Shown here: in pieces, positions 59,974-64,000 of the stretch | How the letters are laid out: the number at the start of each line of letters is the position of its first letter | How positions within the stretch are numbered: the stretch's first letter is position 1 | DNA from: an uncultured Candidatus Rokubacteria bacterium | Lineage (GTDB): Bacteria; Methylomirabilota; Methylomirabilia; Rokubacteriales; CSP1-6 | Reading direction: 5' to 3' | Assembly: GCA_963747235.1 (NCBI GenBank) | Contig: CAVVEU010000033.1 | Coordinates: 288,001-352,000, forward strand | Length of the DNA: 64,000 nt | Notes under the pieces: model-generated | Seen by the model: only the letters and a program-made list of their open reading frames with translations | What the model was told of the DNA's origin: nothing | Databases searched by the model: none | Program-made: the position numbers and the translations under genes

Positions 59974-61653
59974 CTACCCCACCCAGACCTGATCCCAGCG
60001 CACCACGTCGTAGATCCCGAAGTACTTGCTCGGGTTCTGACCGTGCACCTTGTTGTACCAGGCGTCGTAGATCTGCTCGTAGGCCACCGGGATCAGCGGC
60101 GGGTCGCTCTCCAGGATGTCCTCCGCCTGGCGGATCATGGTCTTGCGCTTGTTGTCGTCCACCTCCCGCTCGATGTTCCGGGCGAGCGCGTGGAACTGCT
60201 CGTTGGTCCAGCCCGCGTAGTTGTTCGGGGCGTCCTTGCCATACCAGGACGAGAAGTAGTCGGACGGGTCCATCAGCGCGGACACGATGGCGGTGATCCC
60301 GAGGTCGAAGTTGCCGGCGGCCGCCTCCTCGAACCACTGGGAGATCTGGACCACCCGGAGGTTGCACTCGATGTTGAGGTGCTCCTTCAGCATGGCCTGG
60401 ATCGCCACCGCCCAGAGCTTGAAGGTGGCGGCATCGCGCACCAGGAAGTCGAGCCCCTTGATCCCCTGGCCGTAGCCGGCCTCCTGCATGAGCTTCTTGG
60501 CTTCCTGGATCGCCGCCTTCGGGTCCTTCTGATAGCCGAGCCGCTTCTCCAGCTCCGCCTTCGGGGTGGACGCCTCGTGGAACGGGTACACGAAGCCGCC
60601 GATCTGCATGGGCGCGGTGTCCTTGACCACGTCCACCAGCACGTGCCGGTCCATGGCGAGGTGAATCGCCCGGCGCACCCGCACGTCCTGGAACGCCTTG
60701 ACCTTCTTCTGGTTCATGTAGACCGCCTGGATCACGGACTGGTTGAAGGCGGCCGCGGTGACCCCGGGCATCTCCTTGGCCTTGCGCCAGGAGACCGGAT
60801 CCAGCAGCCGCGCGTAGTCGAGCTTGCCGGACAGGAACGACGCGCCCAGCTCCGGCGAGAACGGCGGCATGTGGTAGACCTCGAGCTTGTCGACGTACGG
60901 CAGCCCCTTGTTCCAGTAGTTGGGGTTCTTCTCCATGTTCCAGACTTCCTTGTCCTTCCGCGAGACGTGCCGGAAGGGCCCGGTGCCCGGGTAGTTCATG
61001 ACCTGCCGCAGGTTGCCCTGGTTGTCGTCGAGGGTCTTCTTGCGGACGATGATGTTCCAGCCGCTCGCGAAGGCGCCCAGCATGAAGGCGCGCGGCCGCG
61101 GCTCGGTGAGCCGGAACTCGATGCGGTGCGGGTCCAGCACCACGATCTCGCTCACCGCGGTGAACAGCGACGAGCGCGGGATCAGGATGCCCTTCGGGGG
61201 CCGCACGATCCGCTCGTACGTCGCCTTGACGTCCTCGGCGGTGAAGTCGGCGCCGTCGTGGAACTTGACGCCCTTCCGGAGATGGAAGGTGTACTTCTTG
61301 CCGTCCGGCGAGACGTCCCACTTGTAGGCCAGATCCGGGATGATCGTCTGCCCGTCGCGGGGGTCGCGGCGGATCAGCGTGTCGTACATCGGGCTCTGCG
61401 CGCCGATATTGGCCACCGTGCCCGACTGGTGCACGTCGAAGTGGGCGGGCGCGGTGTGGACGCCGTAGCGCAGGGTGCCGCCCCGCTTCGCGGCGGGGTC
61501 ACGGAACGGCGGGTCTCCTGCGCTTCCGCGGTCGAGCGGAGGAACGCCGGCGCGGTGCTCGCGGCACCGGCCACGCCAATGGTCTTGAGGAAGGAGCGGC
61601 GGCTCACCCCACGTCTTGCGGGCTCTGGACTTGTCAGGAACCGAATCGGCCAT
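59974..61653 (-). CDS. peptide ABC substrate-binding protein (family 5), Tat signal, frameshifts near 61510-61610
   Basis: VSRRSFLK; KRGGTLRY; PDLA..W..S.DG..YTFHLRKGVKFHDG..FTAEDV; GTGPF; NPNYW. Confidence 0.9.
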   Translation of the reverse strand: MADSVPDKSRARKTWGEPPLLPQDHWRGRCREHRAGVPPLDRGSAGDPPFRDPAAKRGGTLRYGVHTAPAHFDVHQSGTVANIGAQSPMYDTLIRRDPRDGQTIIPDLAYKWDVSPDGKKYTFHLRKGVKFHDGADFTAEDVKATYERIVRPPKGILIPRSSLFTAVSEIVVLDPHRIEFRLTEPRPRAFMLGAFASGWNIIVRKKTLDDNQGNLRQVMNYPGTGPFRHVSRKDKEVWNMEKNPNYWNKGLPYVDKLEVYHMPPFSPELGASFLSGKLDYARLLDPVSWRKAKEMPGVTAAAFNQSVIQAVYMNQKKVKAFQDVRVRRAIHLAMDRHVLVDVVKDTAPMQIGGFVYPFHEASTPKAELEKRLGYQKDPKAAIQEAKKLMQEAGYGQGIKGLDFLVRDAATFKLWAVAIQAMLKEHLNIECNLRVVQISQWFEEAAAGNFDLGITAIVSALMDPSDYFSSWYGKDAPNNYAGWTNEQFHALARNIEREVDDNKRKTMIRQAEDILESDPPLIPVAYEQIYDAWYNKVHGQNPSKYFGIYDVVRWDQVWVG

Positions 61654-61818
61654 GGCGTTCCCCTCCTTTGGGGTCTCCACTTCGGGACGATCTGGGTCCG
61701 GACCGAGGGCGTTAAGTCCACGGAACATACCACGACCCGCCGGGTCCCTGGCAAGACGCTTTCTGCTAGACTCGGCGCTAACTCACGCGCCTACCGCCCC
61801 CGATCGGAGGACCCCCGC

Positions 61819-62895
61819 ATGGAATTCGGCGTCCTGTTCACGTCGCACCCCAACCACGCCACCGAGCCCTACCCGCACCGCGCCGTCCACGCGCGCGTCA
61901 CCGCCGAGATCCAGGCCGCCGACCGCCTGGGCTACGACACCGCCTGGGTGGCCGAGCACCACTTCTCGAACCAGTACGGCATCATGCCGGACGTCTTCAC
62001 CTACATGGGCTACCTGGCTGCCCAAACTTCGCGCATCCGCCTGGGCACCGCGGTGGTGACCGTCCCCCTCTACGACCCGATCCGCGTCGTCGAGAACATG
62101 GCCTTCGTGGACATCCTCTCGGGGGGCCGCGTCGTCCTGGGCCTGGGCTCGGGCTACCGCCCGTACGAGTTCGAGGGCTTCGGCCGCGACTTCGACCGCC
62201 GCCGCGACGTCCAGGAAGAGGCGATCGACCTGATCCTCGAGCTCCTGCACAAGCGGCGGACCCGGCACGAGGGCCCGCACTTCCACTCGGTGATCGAGGG
62301 CGACTACGAGATCTTCCCGGTGAGCCAGCAGGAGCCGCACCCGCCGCTCTTCATGGCCGGCGCCACCGACCGCTCGCTCGGCTACGCGGCGCGACATGGA
62401 TTCGGCCTGATGCTCTCCACGCTGCCGTCGGCCGAGACGCTGGCCAAGCAGATCGGCCTCTACAAGAGCCACCTGAAGGACGCGCCGGCGCCGCTCGACC
62501 GCAACCCGGCCTTCGGCAAGGTGGACATCGCCCGCTGGGTCTACGTGGCCGACACCGACGCGGCGGCCAAGCGCGACACCGAGCAGGGCATCGTCCGCCA
62601 CATCAGCCACTTCATGGGCGCGGGCACCGCGGGCTACCTCGGCAATGTCTCGGAGAAGAACCGCGCGGAGGGGCTCACCTACGACGACCTGGCCGCCACC
62701 ACGCTGCTGCACGGCTCGCCCGCGACCGTGATCGCCAAGCTGCGCGAGCTGCGCCACAAGACGGGGCTCACCTCGCTGCTGCTCCACTACCCGCCGTACT
62801 ACGGCCACGACAACGCGATGCGGAGCCTGCGGCTCTTCGCGGAGAAGGTGATGCCGGAGTTCCGCCCGCCCGCGAGCCGATCCGCCGTCGCCTAG
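61819..62895 (+). CDS. LLM-class flavin-dependent monooxygenase (luciferase-like)
   Basis: ADRLGYDTAWVAEHHF, TSRIRLGTAV, DILSGGR..LG.G.GY, SLRLFAEKVMP. Confidence 0.9.
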   Translation: MEFGVLFTSHPNHATEPYPHRAVHARVTAEIQAADRLGYDTAWVAEHHFSNQYGIMPDVFTYMGYLAAQTSRIRLGTAVVTVPLYDPIRVVENMAFVDILSGGRVVLGLGSGYRPYEFEGFGRDFDRRRDVQEEAIDLILELLHKRRTRHEGPHFHSVIEGDYEIFPVSQQEPHPPLFMAGATDRSLGYAARHGFGLMLSTLPSAETLAKQIGLYKSHLKDAPAPLDRNPAFGKVDIARWVYVADTDAAAKRDTEQGIVRHISHFMGAGTAGYLGNVSEKNRAEGLTYDDLAATTLLHGSPATVIAKLRELRHKTGLTSLLLHYPPYYGHDNAMRSLRLFAEKVMPEFRPPASRSAVA

Positions 62896-64000
62896 CCGAC
62901 CATCTCCGAGTGCCGCGCGAGGCGGCGGACCGGCGAGGCCAGGATCACGATCGCCTGGATGAGGAAGCCCGCCGCCGCGACCACCAGGCCGGTCTCCGCG
63001 CCGTAGAGGCCGCCCACCAGCGCGCCGAGCGCGGCGCCCAGCGGGCGCGAGCCGTAGGTCGCGATGTTGATCGCGGAGACGCGGCCGAGCAAGCGCGAAG
63101 GCGTCACCATCTGGCGCAGCGTGGTCGTGCCGATCGTCCAGAGGATCGGGCCCACGCCCATCAGGAAGAAGCTGAGCCCGGCCAGCACCGGCGTCGGCAT
63201 CCAGATCGTGGCCACCATGACGAGCGCGGCGGCCAGCCCGACGAGCGGACCGATCACGATCACGACGCCGAACGGCAGCGCGCGGATGAGCCGGCCGGCC
63301 AGCAGCGCACCCACGACCATCCCGATGCCGTAGACGGCCAGCGTGACGCCCACGCCGGAGGCGGAGAGGCCGAGCCGGTGGACGGCATAGGGCACGTAGA
63401 CCGCCTGCAGCACGAAGAACGCGGTGTTGAACACGAACTGGGTGATCGAGGATCGGCAGCAGCAGCCGGTGGCGGAACACGAAGCCCGAGCCCTCGCGGA
63501 GATCCTGCAGCGTGTGGCTCGGGGGCGCGGGCGCGCGCGGCGGCTCGCGCAGGCCGGCGAGCAGGAACACCGCGCCGATCGAGAGCGCGGCCGCGACACC
63601 GAAGGCGGCGCCCGCGCCCGTCCAGCCCACGAGCGCGCCACCCAGCGCCGGGCCGCCCACGAAGGCCACCGTGCGCGCCAGCTCGAGCCGCGCGTTCGCC
63701 GCCGCGAGCCCGGCGGGCGGCACCAGGGCGGGCACGAGCGCGGGCGCGGCCACGCTGTAGGCCACCGTCCCGCACGCGCCCACGAAGGCCAGCAGCGCGA
63801 GCAGCGCCAGGGTGAGCCGGCCGGATTGCGCGAGCGCGAGCGTGACCACGAGCGCGAGGGCGCGCACCGCCTCCGCGCGCGGCCATGAGCCGCCGGCGCG
63901 GCATGCGGTCGGCCAGCACGCCGGCGGGAATGGCCAGGAGCAGGAACGGCAGCGTCGCCGCGGTCTGGAGGAACCCGGTCTCGCCCGCCCCGGCGCCGAG
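62892..64000 (-). CDS. MFS transporter (DHA3-like), partial, frameshifts near 63450 and 63880
   Basis: AGVLADR..RRRLM, PALVP...L..ANARLE, GPALGG.LV, TLRQMVTP..LLGRV. Confidence 0.85.
   Translation of the reverse strand, partial: RRRGGRDRVPPDRGDAAVPAPGHSRRRAGRPHAAPAAHGRARRRCAPSRSWSRSRSRNPAGSPWRCSRCWPSWARAGRWPTAWPRPRSCPPWCRPPGSRRRTRGSSWRARWPSWAARRWVARSWAGRARAPPSVSRPRSRSARCSCSPACASRRARPRPRATRCRISARARASCSATGCCCRSSITQFVFNTAFFVLQAVYVPYAVHRLGLSASGVGVTLAVYGIGMVVGALLAGRLIRALPFGVVIVIGPLVGLAAALVMVATIWMPTPVLAGLSFFLMGVGPILWTIGTTTLRQMVTPSRLLGRVSAINIATYGSRPLGAALGALVGGLYGAETGLVVAAAGFLIQAIVILASPVRRLARHSEMVG

Noticed and set aside
1-64000. CRISPR arrays, tRNA/rRNA, transposases, integrases, prophage or defence genes; programmed frameshifting
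   Set aside because: None recognisable. Frameshifts are scattered without slippery motifs and are best explained as sequencing indels

Overview
A very GC-rich (roughly 70% by eye), gene-dense bacterial chromosomal segment. It is dominated by solute transporters (three Liv-type branched-chain ABC systems, Ugp-like, Pot-like and Dpp-like ABC systems, TctABC, EmrAB, two fused ABC transporters, an MFS) and orphan catabolic oxidoreductases (three luciferase-like monooxygenases, two acyl-CoA-dehydrogenase-like flavoproteins, a PQQ dehydrogenase, a ThDP enzyme, a Zn-ADH, two MetE-C-terminal-like Zn enzymes). This gene content resembles Candidatus Rokubacteria (Methylomirabilota) soil genomes (inference only). 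About 25 otherwise intact genes carry single-base frameshifts, densest at ~45.5-50 kb. These most likely reflect uncorrected long-read indel errors, so many ORFs in the supplied track are artefactual fusions or antisense shadows. I saw no rRNA, tRNA, CRISPR array, integrase or transposase. Best candidates for undescribed biology: (i) a divergent Ugp-ABC/GpsA-like/FGGY-kinase // phosphodiesterase/cytidylyltransferase/MetE-like locus (18.3-27 kb); (ii) a sigma54 promoter followed by a hairpin leader and an intrinsic terminator directly ahead of a hypothetical gene plus a variant mgsA (15.5-16.6 kb); (iii) a sigma54-linked module of two ABC transporters flanking two exported coiled-coil proteins (34.5-40.1 kb); (iv) head-to-head emrA/emrB separated by only ~37 bp.
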